Positions 50,188 through 60,251 of a DNA stretch of 64,000 nucleotides are shown here, in pieces. Each line of letters starts with the position of its first letter. Position 1 is the stretch's first letter. The position numbers were made by a program, and so were the translations under genes. Where the stretch lies: the sequence record MN871441.1; one strand, written 5' to 3'. The notes below the pieces were generated by a model. The model saw only the letters and a program-made list of their open reading frames with translations, had not been told where the DNA came from and did no database searches.

Positions 50188-50424
50188 TCATTTTTCTTCA
50201 CGAACAAATGCTTTATAAACGGTATCTCCAATAGGAGAGTTTGGGTTGAATTCCCAATTCGAGATAACACCATCGTTGTTTATCTCGATTGTACCTGCTT
50301 TGTGGTCGACAACACAATCATCAGGATTGTACCTAATTGCGTCTTTAAATTCACCACTTTCGCCGATCCAAACCGTCCATTGACTCATGAACGTGCTGTA
50401 GTGACAGTAACCAATCTTCATCAT
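50188..50424 (-). CDS. Hypothetical protein
   Basis: 78 aa, coupled ORF. Confidence 0.65.
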   Translation of the reverse strand: MMKIGYCHYSTFMSQWTVWIGESGEFKDAIRYNPDDCVVDHKAGTIEINNDGVISNWEFNPNSPIGDTVYKAFVREEK

Positions 50425-50822
50425 TAACCCTCGATTTTGAACTCGTTGTAACCAACGAGAGAGATTTTACGTTCTTTCTTATGGTACACCAGTTGGCGAA
50501 TCACATCAACTTCTTTAACGTGATTTCGAATATAGTTGTCAAGATCCATCATGGAATCGGCGGAAATTCGAACCCCGTTTATAACTCGGTATAACGGCAT
50601 CGATACGGTATCAAATACATTAACACACAAGGTACGAGCTTCCTGCCAAGACAGGTTAATCATAACCTTCTGTTGTTTAATAATCCCATCGTAGTAGTAG
50701 CCAGTCCAACCTTTCCCGTTGTTTGGGCGATACCCCATCAACCACATAAGGGTGTCCATGTGTTCCATCACTACTTTAGCATTGGGCCATTTATCGAAAT
50801 TTTTCATTTTACTTGTACCCAT
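50424..50822 (-). CDS. Hypothetical protein
   Basis: 132 aa ORF. Confidence 0.7.
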   Translation of the reverse strand: MGTSKMKNFDKWPNAKVVMEHMDTLMWLMGYRPNNGKGWTGYYYDGIIKQQKVMINLSWQEARTLCVNVFDTVSMPLYRVINGVRISADSMMDLDNYIRNHVKEVDVIRQLVYHKKERKISLVGYNEFKIEG

Positions 50823-51220
50823 TCGTTATTTTCATGATAGAAAGAGTTGGATTCGCGGAAGAATACCGGAAGGTCATCAAATTCTTGAACAAGGCTTTCC
50901 GCAACCATCTTCATGATACGAATACCTTCTTGGTTGTGACCAAGGGATATATAAACTTTATCGCCATCATAAACCAAACCATCAATTTCCTCTTTTTGAG
51001 AAACTGTACACATAAACACACTTCGCTTTCCGCTTTCCGTGTTAAATACGATTACAAAGCTTTGGAAATCGTAAGAGTGAATTGTTGCAAATCCACCAAC
51101 GTTACCAACTGTGTTCGCTATGTTGATTTTCTGAATGAGACGATGAACAACGTGGCCTATGTCGGTGATGTTCATGTTGTGATTGCTGATGTCAACAAAA
51201 ATAGAAGTAGATACGCTCAT
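50804..51220 (-). CDS. Hypothetical protein
   Basis: 138 aa, AAGGA RBS, upstream TTGACA. Confidence 0.7.
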   Translation of the reverse strand: MSVSTSIFVDISNHNMNITDIGHVVHRLIQKINIANTVGNVGGFATIHSYDFQSFVIVFNTESGKRSVFMCTVSQKEEIDGLVYDGDKVYISLGHNQEGIRIMKMVAESLVQEFDDLPVFFRESNSFYHENNEWVQVK

Positions 51221-51295
51221 AATAAAAATTCCTTAATTGTGTTTTGTTTCAACAAAAAACAGGATACCTTTATTGATATCCTCTTGTCAACATGT

Positions 51296-51721
51296 TTAAT
51301 CAACAAATTTCAGGGAAGGGCAGATTTTTTCTTTCTTCGCTTTCAGGAAAGATGTAATCAACGATTCTTTGTATTCCCCATTTGCTTTTTTCTTAGCGTC
51401 TCGTTGCAATTTCTTTCGGCGCATAGAACTCTTCATATGGTCACAAAGGAAGAAAAACCCAACTATAATCACAATCGCAATCACAGCAAATACAAAACCA
51501 ATCAAAGGAGAAGTTATCAAAACGAGACCACTGGTGATACCAAATGCTTTTAGAATCGACAATCCAATCCCAGATAGGGCAAAAATAAACAGGGTTGACA
51601 TACCGGATATCAGAACCAATGCCCAAACAGTTTTCCAAAAATATGGGCACAAACTAGTTGGGATTGTATCAAACATTTTGTTGTTCAGACGATAGTGCCA
51701 GCTTGATTTATTAATATTCAT
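51296..51721 (-). CDS. Membrane protein
   Basis: SWHYRL and SLCPYFWKTVW motifs, two TM segments, ends ICP. Confidence 0.8.
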   Translation of the reverse strand: MNINKSSWHYRLNNKMFDTIPTSLCPYFWKTVWALVLISGMSTLFIFALSGIGLSILKAFGITSGLVLITSPLIGFVFAVIAIVIIVGFFFLCDHMKSSMRRKKLQRDAKKKANGEYKESLITSFLKAKKEKICPSLKFVD

Positions 51722-51723
51722 TT

Positions 51724-52107
51724 TTATTCCTTTTCAATTTTCCAGTTGATGATGAGATTATCTAACGTACTCACCTTTTTGTCACTACGATTATAACCTA
51801 TATGTTCATAGAAGTCCCATACACTATCAAAATAAATTTCTTGATTTTTGTAGTAGTCTGTTTCACCTATGGCTTTATTCATCCGTTCATTATTACCGGA
51901 ATCACATGGATCATATCGACCAAATACGCCCTTGTCAATAACACCCATATGTTTATCATACCATCTGTTTAGGATACGACCGACAAACCCCTCAATAGAG
52001 GTAAGTTGACGATACCAACCACCTTTTGGATGTCCGTCATAAATCCGGATCCGATATAGCTGTGTTATCGGGTGTTCATAAAATTTATAAGTATAAACCT
52101 TATCCAT
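51724..52107 (-). CDS. Hypothetical protein
   Basis: 127 aa ORF. Confidence 0.7.
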   Translation of the reverse strand: MDKVYTYKFYEHPITQLYRIRIYDGHPKGGWYRQLTSIEGFVGRILNRWYDKHMGVIDKGVFGRYDPCDSGNNERMNKAIGETDYYKNQEIYFDSVWDFYEHIGYNRSDKKVSTLDNLIINWKIEKE

Positions 52108-52453
52108 TACTGAGTTCCTTTAGGATCCTCTGACTTTCATTAATCATATTTTGTTTCTGATTAAAAAACCAAGAACTCCACAAAGTATAGCATTGATTGG
52201 CGGCCTCAAACGCAATCTCTTCCGTATCAAACACATACAGGACTTTCCTAGAACTCACAAAAGAATCTTCCTCTAATTCAGTAGATTGTCGATTCAAACC
52301 TGCTGGGATTCGTCGTGAAATATAAACTCGATCCCCAGAAACTTTGGTTACAAGACGAGGTTTTGACGCAACAACACCACCGACATTAATGGATTCGGTT
52401 AAAACCCATTTATCAACTAGATGTGCATGTGCTTCTACTTTTTCTTTAGCCAT
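52100..52453 (-). CDS. Hypothetical protein
   Basis: 117 aa, GAGG RBS. Confidence 0.7.
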   Translation of the reverse strand: MAKEKVEAHAHLVDKWVLTESINVGGVVASKPRLVTKVSGDRVYISRRIPAGLNRQSTELEEDSFVSSRKVLYVFDTEEIAFEAANQCYTLWSSWFFNQKQNMINESQRILKELSNG

Positions 52454-52455
52454 TA

Positions 52456-52908
52456 CTACCTCTTTTTATTGTTAATTTTTAAGAATATGGATGTAAATTT
52501 ATCACCACAACACGACCGATGTTGTGTATGTGGAACAACACCAAGAGATTCCCAAAATAAAACAGAATAAGAATATCCAGTATAAGCCCAATGACTTTCA
52601 CCGTCAACCTTCAATCTGTTTACTAGTTCGGAACCGACACCCGAGTTACGAAATTCATCTTTGACGTAACACATCATAAAGTTTTTATAACCACTCATGA
52701 TCCCACGGGTTGCTAGTCCAACGGGGTTACCGTCCTTGTACTTGATTGCAACTTTGGTGATAAACCTCTTTTCAAATTCGATAACTTGTACGAGATATGG
52801 TTTCAATGACCACCCTTCAACATACATTTTCTTATCTAAAAGATATTGACAGATCTCTTTGATATGAGACCCAGAATAAACCTTTACATCACCATAGTCA
52901 ACAATCAT
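52456..52908 (-). CDS. GNAT-family acetyltransferase
   Basis: YVKDEFRNSGVGSELV acetyl-CoA motif; FWESLG. Confidence 0.75.
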   Translation of the reverse strand: MIVDYGDVKVYSGSHIKEICQYLLDKKMYVEGWSLKPYLVQVIEFEKRFITKVAIKYKDGNPVGLATRGIMSGYKNFMMCYVKDEFRNSGVGSELVNRLKVDGESHWAYTGYSYSVLFWESLGVVPHTQHRSCCGDKFTSIFLKINNKKR

Positions 52909-52909
52909 G

Positions 52910-53224
52910 TTATACTACCTCAAATCCGTCAGTGTTCATCTCTTCGAGATGACCCCATTCACTAGTACCCAACGAGATGACTTTCCCTTCTTCTGTGACG
53001 ATTACGTAATCACGAGCACAAATATCCAAACAATCACCATCTACTGTTGGTGGATTATAAGCCTCTTGACCATCAAACGGGATCTGTTTCAGAACATAAA
53101 CCCATTTGATGTTAGGAAACAACCCTTTCAGGTTAGTCAATGCATGTTCACACTTAACATACTTATATGAATCTACATGCCAACTTTCGCCATAAAACTC
53201 GTTTACATTATCAAAATCAATCAT
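52910..53224 (-). CDS. Hypothetical protein
   Basis: 104 aa; SLGTSEWG motif. Confidence 0.7.
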   Translation of the reverse strand: MIDFDNVNEFYGESWHVDSYKYVKCEHALTNLKGLFPNIKWVYVLKQIPFDGQEAYNPPTVDGDCLDICARDYVIVTEEGKVISLGTSEWGHLEEMNTDGFEVV

Positions 53225-53232
53225 AAATCACC

Positions 53233-53520
53233 TTAAAATTGGATACTTGGGGAAACCATATAACTTTCGATATCCATATGTGGGAAGTACGTAATTGTCA
53301 AGGTATCAACACCTTTAACCATTCGATCCTCAACAGGTACATGACGGTTAATTTCCTTCCGAATCTCCTTGAGGTCATCTTTAACACTATGAGTTTTCCC
53401 ACGAACCTTTTTCCCAGAAAGGCTGATCGTGGTTTTCCCAAGTACATTACTATAATACGAAGTGATATAAACCATACTTTCTCCTTTGTCGGTGTATTGA
53501 TATGGTCTCATCCAATACAC
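53233..53520 (-). CDS. Hypothetical protein
   Basis: 95 aa or shorter. Confidence 0.6.
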   Translation of the reverse strand: MYWMRPYQYTDKGESMVYITSYYSNVLGKTTISLSGKKVRGKTHSVKDDLKEIRKEINRHVPVEDRMVKGVDTLTITYFPHMDIESYMVSPSIQF

Positions 53521-53543
53521 CTTTTGTCAACTACTTATACTGT

Positions 53544-53729
53544 TTACAAACACCAAATATCTTGAGTCTCTGTGTCATCCCGAACTACATCTAGTTCACC
53601 CCAACAATCAGTTTTCTTCGCAATGTCGATTGCTTCCTCTTCTGAGTTTGCATATACATAAGCAGTCTTGTGTCCGCGAATGTATCCACTAATCTCTTTT
53701 CTTACCTCATACTCTTTCATCTGGCTCAT
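53544..53729 (-). CDS. Hypothetical protein
   Basis: V.ANSEEEAIDIAK motif common in small phage proteins. Confidence 0.65.
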   Translation of the reverse strand: MSQMKEYEVRKEISGYIRGHKTAYVYANSEEEAIDIAKKTDCWGELDVVRDDTETQDIWCL

Positions 53730-53732
53730 CTT

Positions 53733-54011
53733 TTACCCCTCATAATTCTTTTCAAGTACATCAATGATATGAGAAACCATAGCTTTGTTCTTATCCTTTT
53801 CCCAACTAAAGTGTCTGATATCCATAGAGAAAAGACTTTTTGGGAGAGAAAATTTGCGCATTAAAAACCCATCACCTCGACTCGTGGGGTCATCAACAAA
53901 GAAATCATATTCATCTTCCCATACACGAATTTCTTTAAGATATTTCTTGACAAATTGAGAAACTGTAATATCAATTGTTTTTGTTGTTACTACTTGGTAT
54001 GTATGTTTCAT
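53733..54011 (-). CDS. Hypothetical protein
   Basis: 92 aa ORF. Confidence 0.65.
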   Translation of the reverse strand: MKHTYQVVTTKTIDITVSQFVKKYLKEIRVWEDEYDFFVDDPTSRGDGFLMRKFSLPKSLFSMDIRHFSWEKDKNKAMVSHIIDVLEKNYEG

Positions 54012-54727
54012 CANTAAAATTCCGCTGTTGCTATTTCGACCATGGGACTTACNCCATGCCANTCAGAAAGATAAATCGAAGTGTCTACACCACATCCCGG
54101 TTCAAGACGGATCCCTGTTTGCTCGGTAAACTTCAAATACTTATTTGACGGTTCTTTATCACAGAACGAACGTACTCCGCTATATTTAAATCCAGCACTC
54201 ATCTGAGGGATAATAAAGACCCCGAATTCAGATACCTTACTAGCGGCCTCTATTACCTTATATTCGAATTCTGCGCCAGTATACCGACCTTTATAACCAG
54301 ATGTATTGATGTTTCCAAAAGGTGGATTGCTAATACAAAAATCAAACCGGTCATTAGTGTTATCACAGTATTCCAGTGCATCACCACGGATCCAGTTTGC
54401 ATGAGGTACGACTCGTTTACCAACCTCAAAATATTCGTGGTTCAACTCAACACAAGTGACATCGTTGTCATACAACCAGAAAGACAGACCACCAATACCA
54501 GCACATAGATCCAATACAGAACGGTCTTGGTTAACTTCGATCATAGCATCACGAGCTAACATAACTGGGGTGAAGAATGCACCAGCAAGGCCATTCATCT
54601 GGGTAGCACCTTCTTGGTAATTCTCAAGGATAAAAAGACGCTCATTCCATGAAAGTTCCTTATCCGAGTGAACAAGATCCATAGCCTTATTATGGAGTTT
54701 CAACGCCTGTTTGCTGATCTTAGCCAT
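54011..54727 (-). CDS. Amino (N6-adenine type) DNA methyltransferase
   Basis: AFFTP, VLDLCAGIGGL (motif I) and CISNPPFG (motif IV). Confidence 0.85.
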   Translation of the reverse strand: MAKISKQALKLHNKAMDLVHSDKELSWNERLFILENYQEGATQMNGLAGAFFTPVMLARDAMIEVNQDRSVLDLCAGIGGLSFWLYDNDVTCVELNHEYFEVGKRVVPHANWIRGDALEYCDNTNDRFDFCISNPPFGNINTSGYKGRYTGAEFEYKVIEAASKVSEFGVFIIPQMSAGFKYSGVRSFCDKEPSNKYLKFTEQTGIRLEPGCGVDTSIYLSXWHXVSPMVEIATAEFX

Positions 54728-54730
54728 TGG

Positions 54731-55033
54731 TCATTTACTCCATCGCTTGTATTCGGTAGGGCAGATGTCTTGTACCGGACATTCATCACAGTATCCGGAT
54801 GTGTACTTGACTTCTACACCGGGTTCGGTCACTTCTTCCCAGACCTCATTATCGATTGCTTCGTTATGGATACAGCCCCAGATTTCTGCTTCTTTCCGGT
54901 TCCAGTAAAACACAGGCATTGTGTTAGCAATCTTGGTGCAAAGTTGTTGAAGCTGTTTCTTGTTGTCCATTACATTACGTTTTTGAACGGCTTTCAGTTC
55001 TTTATACTCTTCTTCTGTCAAAATGTATTGCAT
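54731..55033 (-). CDS. Hypothetical Cys-rich protein
   Basis: WGCI...YCDECPVQDICP motif. Confidence 0.7.
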   Translation of the reverse strand: MQYILTEEEYKELKAVQKRNVMDNKKQLQQLCTKIANTMPVFYWNRKEAEIWGCIHNEAIDNEVWEEVTEPGVEVKYTSGYCDECPVQDICPTEYKRWSK

Positions 55034-55266
55034 TACACAAACTCCAATTTAAGGAAAGAACCTTTGAGATGACCGACGTTTCGGCCACCCATAGACGGAA
55101 CACCCAGATATGCATCCCAATCAAGTCCGTACTGAGATTTCTGTGGGAAAAGAACAACAATAATAGAACGAATATCTGGCTTGTTAGTGGATCCGCTATT
55201 CCATAAGTAGGTTCCGGGGGTTTTTGGTGTATAAGGTGAAAAACTACTCAGATTAATCTCCATCAC
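55033..55266 (-). CDS. Hypothetical protein
   Basis: 77 aa ORF. Confidence 0.65.
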   Translation of the reverse strand: MMEINLSSFSPYTPKTPGTYLWNSGSTNKPDIRSIIVVLFPQKSQYGLDWDAYLGVPSMGGRNVGHLKGSFLKLEFV

Positions 55267-55514
55267 TTACCCTCTTTCAGCATATCGATAAACGCCCCAC
55301 GAATCGATTCCTTGCATTCATCGGTGTTTTGGTTGCTACCACACCAGATAGACTCAGCAACGCCTTTAAGGCCCTGTTCCTGTACGTTAACGGCAGCATA
55401 ACCAACAAGAGCGACTTGTGCTGCAATCATCAAGAGAACACCGATAAAGAACACGGTAAAGATCTTGTTGAAGTGGCGGAAAAACCAAGGCTGATTNCTG
55501 TTAAAATTGCGCAT
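55263..55514 (-). CDS. Membrane protein
   Basis: One TM segment. Confidence 0.65.
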   Translation of the reverse strand: MRNFNXNQPWFFRHFNKIFTVFFIGVLLMIAAQVALVGYAAVNVQEQGLKGVAESIWCGSNQNTDECKESIRGAFIDMLKEGK

Positions 55515-55517
55515 ATT

Positions 55518-56003
55518 TTATTCCTCAATNTNAATANNAAAATTTGATGGGGTGATATNNGANCCNANNGACTCAAGTTCTTTGTAAATATCACGTTCTC
55601 GAATCTTAANCTGTTGTAGTTCTTTTGTCAACATACTTTCTTTACTTTTAATATGACTCTGAACGAATTTATCCTTGACATACTCAGATACTTCTGGGTC
55701 GTTCATAGCCCATTCCATCATCATAGTCTTTGTNAANTCNGGTTGNCCACTCAAANTAATTTCTTCTGAATCAAGAAAANATTCCATCTCAGNTTTGGTA
55801 AATGGNATTTTGTNCCNCGGATGNTANTTNACTGTTTTNCNNTCTTCNCTAATGACAANCGGTCGAAANANTTCATCCTCTTCAATAGTAAACCATTTNG
55901 GNTATTCACATACNNNNNTGATNCTATTNTANAAATCTATNTTNTTGTTGNTGANAAACAAATCCCAAGTNNNTTGACTTTTAAACTTATATTTCTTTTT
56001 CAT
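55518..56003 (-). CDS. Hypothetical protein, possible paralog of 8019-8384
   Basis: KYKFK and PFTK.EME motifs. Confidence 0.65.
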   Translation of the reverse strand: MKKKYKFKSQXTWDLFXXNXXIDXXNXIXXVCEXXKWFTIEEDEXFRPXVIXEXXKTXXXHPXXKXPFTKXEMEXFLDSEEIXLSXQXXXTKTMMMEWAMNDPEVSEYVKDKFVQSHIKSKESMLTKELQQXKIRERDIYKELEXXXXXITPSNFXIXIEE

Positions 56004-56004
56004 C

Positions 56005-56223
56005 TTATTTCCCNTTCAAAAATTGTTTCAGTTGTTCTTTNNATTGGTCNAGTTCNATACGAGCTTGAGCCTTGGCAGCCTTATTAGCTTCTTCTCGGAT
56101 AGTATTGCTATAGATCCAATGGTTGTCTGTTCCCCCAGAAGTTGTTACCGAAATACCGTTTTTGATAATATCTTCCAAAACTTTGATCTGATCAATGATT
56201 TTATGGGATTGTTCGTAAGTCAT
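56005..56223 (-). CDS. Hypothetical protein
   Basis: 72 aa, GGAG RBS. Confidence 0.65.
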   Translation of the reverse strand: MTYEQSHKIIDQIKVLEDIIKNGISVTTSGGTDNHWIYSNTIREEANKAAKAQARXEXDQXKEQLKQFLXGK

Positions 56224-56238
56224 GTTTGTATCTCCTAA

Positions 56239-56475
56239 TTATCCGAGATCTTGAAGGATGAGAATGGTTCGGTTTGCTGGGTCTGCGTGAACATCATAGA
56301 ACCCTTTATACTGGCCGTCTGTGATGACGAAGGAGTTACCCCAACCAATAGATACCTTTTGGTAATTGATATCATGCCGCTTAAAGAAACGTTCTGCCAT
56401 TTCTTCACTGTGACCAGATAACCAACGAAGTTCAACGGCATATGCACCAGTAGGAAGAAGTTCGAAATTTTTCAT
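56239..56475 (-). CDS. Hypothetical protein
   Basis: 78 aa ORF. Confidence 0.6.
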   Translation of the reverse strand: MKNFELLPTGAYAVELRWLSGHSEEMAERFFKRHDINYQKVSIGWGNSFVITDGQYKGFYDVHADPANRTILILQDLG

Positions 56476-56488
56476 GATATTTTACCTC

Positions 56489-56689
56489 TTAGTTGAACCA
56501 CGGGTCGTTAATCATTTCTTCTAAACGAGCTTGGATTTCTTTGATCTCTTGCTCGTAATCAGCGAGAAGACCAGCATATTCTTTTTTGGTGTTATCGTCA
56601 ATGTCTTTTGACAACATATTTCGACAGTATGCGGCCTGTTTACCAAGTGATTCTAACTTCTTCATGTTCAGTTCAACATAGTGGTTCAT
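56489..56689 (-). CDS. Hypothetical coiled-coil protein
   Basis: 66 aa, GGAGG RBS. Confidence 0.65.
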   Translation of the reverse strand: MNHYVELNMKKLESLGKQAAYCRNMLSKDIDDNTKKEYAGLLADYEQEIKEIQARLEEMINDPWFN

Positions 56690-56765
56690 ATCGTTTCCTC
56701 CGAATCAACAAAGCCCATTCTACACGAACGGGCTAAAGATGCAACTACTATTTTTAGAAACTATC

Positions 56766-56996
56766 CTAATTCATATAAGCCTGATATAGATAAATCTTTG
56801 GACCATAATGAGAATATTTCTCAATCCACAAAAATTCATGTTCCAGACCAAATTTATCTGATGCTTTCCAGATATATCCATCGTCTCTATTTGCGTTGAC
56901 TTTGGTAAATTCCGGTTTCTTTGTGCATGTAAATGGGCCAAACCGACCATCCCAAAATTCAGTTCCAATATCTATTTTTTCGATTACGTCTTTCAT
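56766..56996 (-). CDS. Hypothetical protein
   Basis: 76 aa, GAGG RBS. Confidence 0.65.
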   Translation of the reverse strand: MKDVIEKIDIGTEFWDGRFGPFTCTKKPEFTKVNANRDDGYIWKASDKFGLEHEFLWIEKYSHYGPKIYLYQAYMN

Positions 56997-57439
56997 ATTT
57001 GCACCTCGTGATATGACAATATGATGTCATTTACCGTTTCAACTGAGCAAGACTTGATATTATCCTTGCTGGTGTAGTATGTCATTACTAACACATCTTC
57101 GCCGTGGATATTCATTTCAGACACAAAGAAATCGTATGTGTCATCATATCCATATTCGGTGATTTTACCAGTAGACCCTACTTGTAGTCGGTCTGTTATC
57201 ACCCGGTTTACATCATGACCGCGCGGGGTGTTGATTCCATGTTCTACATGCACGATATCATCGCCGTGTTTTTCTTGAAACTCTACGCTTGACATATAAA
57301 CTGGGTGGTTTCCGAATGGATTAGGTGTGATCTGGCGACCCCCGGAAACACGAACTAAAAGTTGTACATCACCTTTCATATAAACTGTATAATAACCAAA
57401 CGTCATTTTCTTGACAAAATCATTNAGCTTTATATTCAT
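56993..57439 (-). CDS. Hypothetical protein
   Basis: 148 aa ORF. Confidence 0.7.
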   Translation of the reverse strand: MNIKXNDFVKKMTFGYYTVYMKGDVQLLVRVSGGRQITPNPFGNHPVYMSSVEFQEKHGDDIVHVEHGINTPRGHDVNRVITDRLQVGSTGKITEYGYDDTYDFFVSEMNIHGEDVLVMTYYTSKDNIKSCSVETVNDIILSYHEVQI

Positions 57440-57448
57440 NACNAGTCC

Positions 57449-57679
57449 TCACNGAGTAACAAAGTAATAGATACCGTAATACCAAAGGATCTCAGTNATA
57501 GTACCAATTGGGTGTTGACTAACAGTCAGTTTGCCATCACCAAACAACTTGTTATTGATTACCGCAATACGAAGAAATGGTGCATTCCAATGGAAGTATG
57601 TACCAATAACCATAAGTACCAGAGAAAAACATTCCCAAGCAGACAAAGTAAACAACCAAGTATTGATAGATTCGAACAT
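57449..57679 (-). CDS. Small membrane protein
   Basis: Hydrophobic 76 aa. Confidence 0.6.
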   Translation of the reverse strand: MFESINTWLFTLSAWECFSLVLMVIGTYFHWNAPFLRIAVINNKLFGDGKLTVSQHPIGTXTEILWYYGIYYFVTX

Positions 57680-57689
57680 AATAATTTCC

Positions 57690-58130
57690 TCAGTTAAATT
57701 TGGCTACAACAGCCATAAAGTTTTCGACGTTTTCATTAAAGAACTTGATTACCGCATCACATGCTTCAAGTTGGGTTTTCTTCTTACGAAGTACCGGCTT
57801 ACCAACACTACTCAAAAGGACTTTAAACTTTGTTTCATCTTCGTGCATGATGAATTGAATGATTCGCCCATTGAAGTATTCGACTCCAGTTTCAACCTCT
57901 TTACCAGTTGCAATGAATGCAACGGTAGTATCGGCTTGCCCAATACACCAGCTAGGATATGCCTGAATGTATGGGAGAAGAACAGGATCTACCTTAGAAA
58001 GGATATAATCCGCATTCTTTTGCATTTCTGCGATACGGGNGGCCTTGTTTACTTCATATTCGTTAGCAGTCATGNTTTCTTCCTCTNGTTTCGATATGGA
58101 TAATGTANNCNANCTATTTTNAAAAAGCAA
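57690..58130 (-). CDS. Hypothetical protein
   Basis: Up to 146 aa; start obscured by Ns. Confidence 0.6.
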   Translation of the reverse strand: MLFXNXXXTLSISKXEEEXMTANEYEVNKAXRIAEMQKNADYILSKVDPVLLPYIQAYPSWCIGQADTTVAFIATGKEVETGVEYFNGRIIQFIMHEDETKFKVLLSSVGKPVLRKKKTQLEACDAVIKFFNENVENFMAVVAKFN

Positions 58131-58415
58131 TAGCTATTTCATCACAATGTCGATAAACATATNATTTNCTTNCGANNNNNANGCNANANCNNCNGCCAAT
58201 AGTTACTTTGACGTCAGTAATTACACCGACGTCAACGCCATATCGAAGAAGGTTTTTATCAACAAGTTCTTTTTTGATGATGTTAACGAAATCTACTGAG
58301 ACAATCTTCATAGCTACTTTTCCTTACGAACTTCAAGCCAGACCAACAGACCAAATATTACTACAACACCAATCACGGTTTCAAGAACAAAAACATTAAG
58401 AAATGTCATAAAATC

Positions 58416-58655
58416 TCACATATCCAAATAAATATTACTTGCTTTTTCTAGGTCTTCTTCACTGAAAAACCCATAAACAAGACCATCCAGCCCCATGGTG
58501 GATTCATCCCCCTCTCGTTCTTCCCATTCGTATTTTATTCCTGATAGTTCGAGATGAGTTTCAAACACAGAAGCTGAATTATTCCAGTAGTCAAACCACA
58601 ATGTATAATGCACTTTACACCCCATATTCTCTTTTGTAAAGTTCAATATCGTCAT
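58416..58655 (-). CDS. Hypothetical protein
   Basis: 79 aa ORF. Confidence 0.6.
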   Translation of the reverse strand: MTILNFTKENMGCKVHYTLWFDYWNNSASVFETHLELSGIKYEWEEREGDESTMGLDGLVYGFFSEEDLEKASNIYLDM

Positions 58656-58804
58656 CGGTAATGTATGATGAACTACATTTCGTCATATAGCAAGCACTTT
58701 CTTTGTTCATCTTAAAGATTCTAGCCGAACCAATTGATACATAAGGAATTTTATTCAGGTTGAGGAATGAGTCAACCCATTCCTCTTTACCTTCAACCTC
58801 AAGT

Positions 58805-59317
58805 TTAACAAGCCCGTCGTTCATCTCGGATCCTCTCAACCAGACCACCAACACCAACCTCAAGGTCGTTACAAAAATAAGAAGGTAGGTCGTCGTTGTA
58901 AAGTGTAATCAAATGACCATAACCGACCGTCAAGATCTCTTCATTACCTTCAATTTCAACGATAATAGAGTCGGACTTAAAGAAATCTTTTACCACAAAA
59001 CACACATGTTTAAGACGGTCTGCGTCGTCATAATAAGAAGCTCGTACAACGTCACCAACCTTAAGTTCTTCACGTTCACCAAACGTATACAAACAGCCGT
59101 CAATAAAGGCGTAGTGCCACTGAGTTGTGTTACAGTGAGATGTTTGTGTTTTGTAATAGTAACTNTGCACAGAATCAAATTTGANCTCTACACCNNTNTC
59201 TAGTTTGATCTGACCATACATATGGTTTATATCAACGATTTTCGACTTGAGGTTACCATCATTAAATGAATCGCCAATAGCCAACTTACCCCAAGTATTC
59301 TTTTTCCAGAAAATCAT
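58805..59317 (-). CDS. Hypothetical protein
   Basis: 170 aa ORF. Confidence 0.7.
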   Translation of the reverse strand: MIFWKKNTWGKLAIGDSFNDGNLKSKIVDINHMYGQIKLXXGVEXKFDSVXSYYYKTQTSHCNTTQWHYAFIDGCLYTFGEREELKVGDVVRASYYDDADRLKHVCFVVKDFFKSDSIIVEIEGNEEILTVGYGHLITLYNDDLPSYFCNDLEVGVGGLVERIRDERRAC

Positions 59318-59673
59318 ACGTCTTCCCTCAATTTTTCGATGTCTTGTTCGATATCATCAATCTGTCCCCTGAGTTTTTCCCGCTTCCAATAATGGTCGAC
59401 CCCTGTTAATGCTTCAATATTAAAACATTCTTCAATTTCGCCATCAAGTTCACGAACTTTATAATACAGACTCATAATCTCCAACTCGTTTTTATGACCA
59501 ATCGGAAGAAAACGAGTTGGGGATAATTGAATTTTAACCCCAGATAGTTGAACAAGGTCACCAGCCATAAGACTTATGTATTTGTCAACAACATATGTTT
59601 TACCTACAACTAAAACACCTTCCATCTCAAGGTTATTAACACATACAATCTCTTGATTTTCTTTAAATTTCAT
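59314..59673 (-). CDS. Hypothetical protein
   Basis: 119 aa, AAGG RBS. Confidence 0.7.
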   Translation of the reverse strand: MKFKENQEIVCVNNLEMEGVLVVGKTYVVDKYISLMAGDLVQLSGVKIQLSPTRFLPIGHKNELEIMSLYYKVRELDGEIEECFNIEALTGVDHYWKREKLRGQIDDIEQDIEKLREDV

Positions 59674-59912
59674 GATTACACCTTTACTTTAGACATTGCA
59701 AACATAATGGCCGCACGACCAACAGGAGTTTTATCATTGATCTGTTTACCACACCACAAAACTTTGGCATCAAAGGATTCGAAGGTCAGTTTCTGATCTT
59801 CGATATGAGTGTTGAAAAACTCAGCAACCGCTTTTTTGAATTCTGTGTTAATCATCTTTTCTCTCCTTTGTTGGTACAGGGGTATAATCTCATACCCCCT
59901 AATCTACGTCAA

Positions 59913-60251
59913 CTACTTTTTATCTGTCATGTCACGATTAAAACGAAAATCTTGATACAACCTGTCTTTCAGTTCCTCTTGAAGCTGGTCGATCTGGTCT
60001 ACAAGAGAGAATCGATGTGGAAGGTCACAAGGACTGTTTATAAACTTATCTACAACCCGTTGCGGTTCTTCCGGATCATCATAATCGATTTCGCAATCGA
60101 TGAATTCGTTTGTGTCTTTTTTGAATAAATATGCAAAACCATCATAAGTAAACCAACTCAGTTCACCACTACTAATATCTTTGATGTAGAACTCAAAGAA
60201 TTTGATGTTTCGTACAGTTAATAGACTTGTTACAGTTGAAAACATTTTCAT
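59913..60251 (-). CDS. Hypothetical protein
   Basis: 112 aa ORF. Confidence 0.7.
   Translation of the reverse strand: MKMFSTVTSLLTVRNIKFFEFYIKDISSGELSWFTYDGFAYLFKKDTNEFIDCEIDYDDPEEPQRVVDKFINSPCDLPHRFSLVDQIDQLQEELKDRLYQDFRFNRDMTDKK

Noticed and set aside
50813-51553. 246-aa plus-strand ORF, and other antisense ORFs such as 2294-2761, 3068-3664 and 57531-58103
   Set aside because: Shadows of well-supported opposite-strand genes, with no RBS or recognisable motifs
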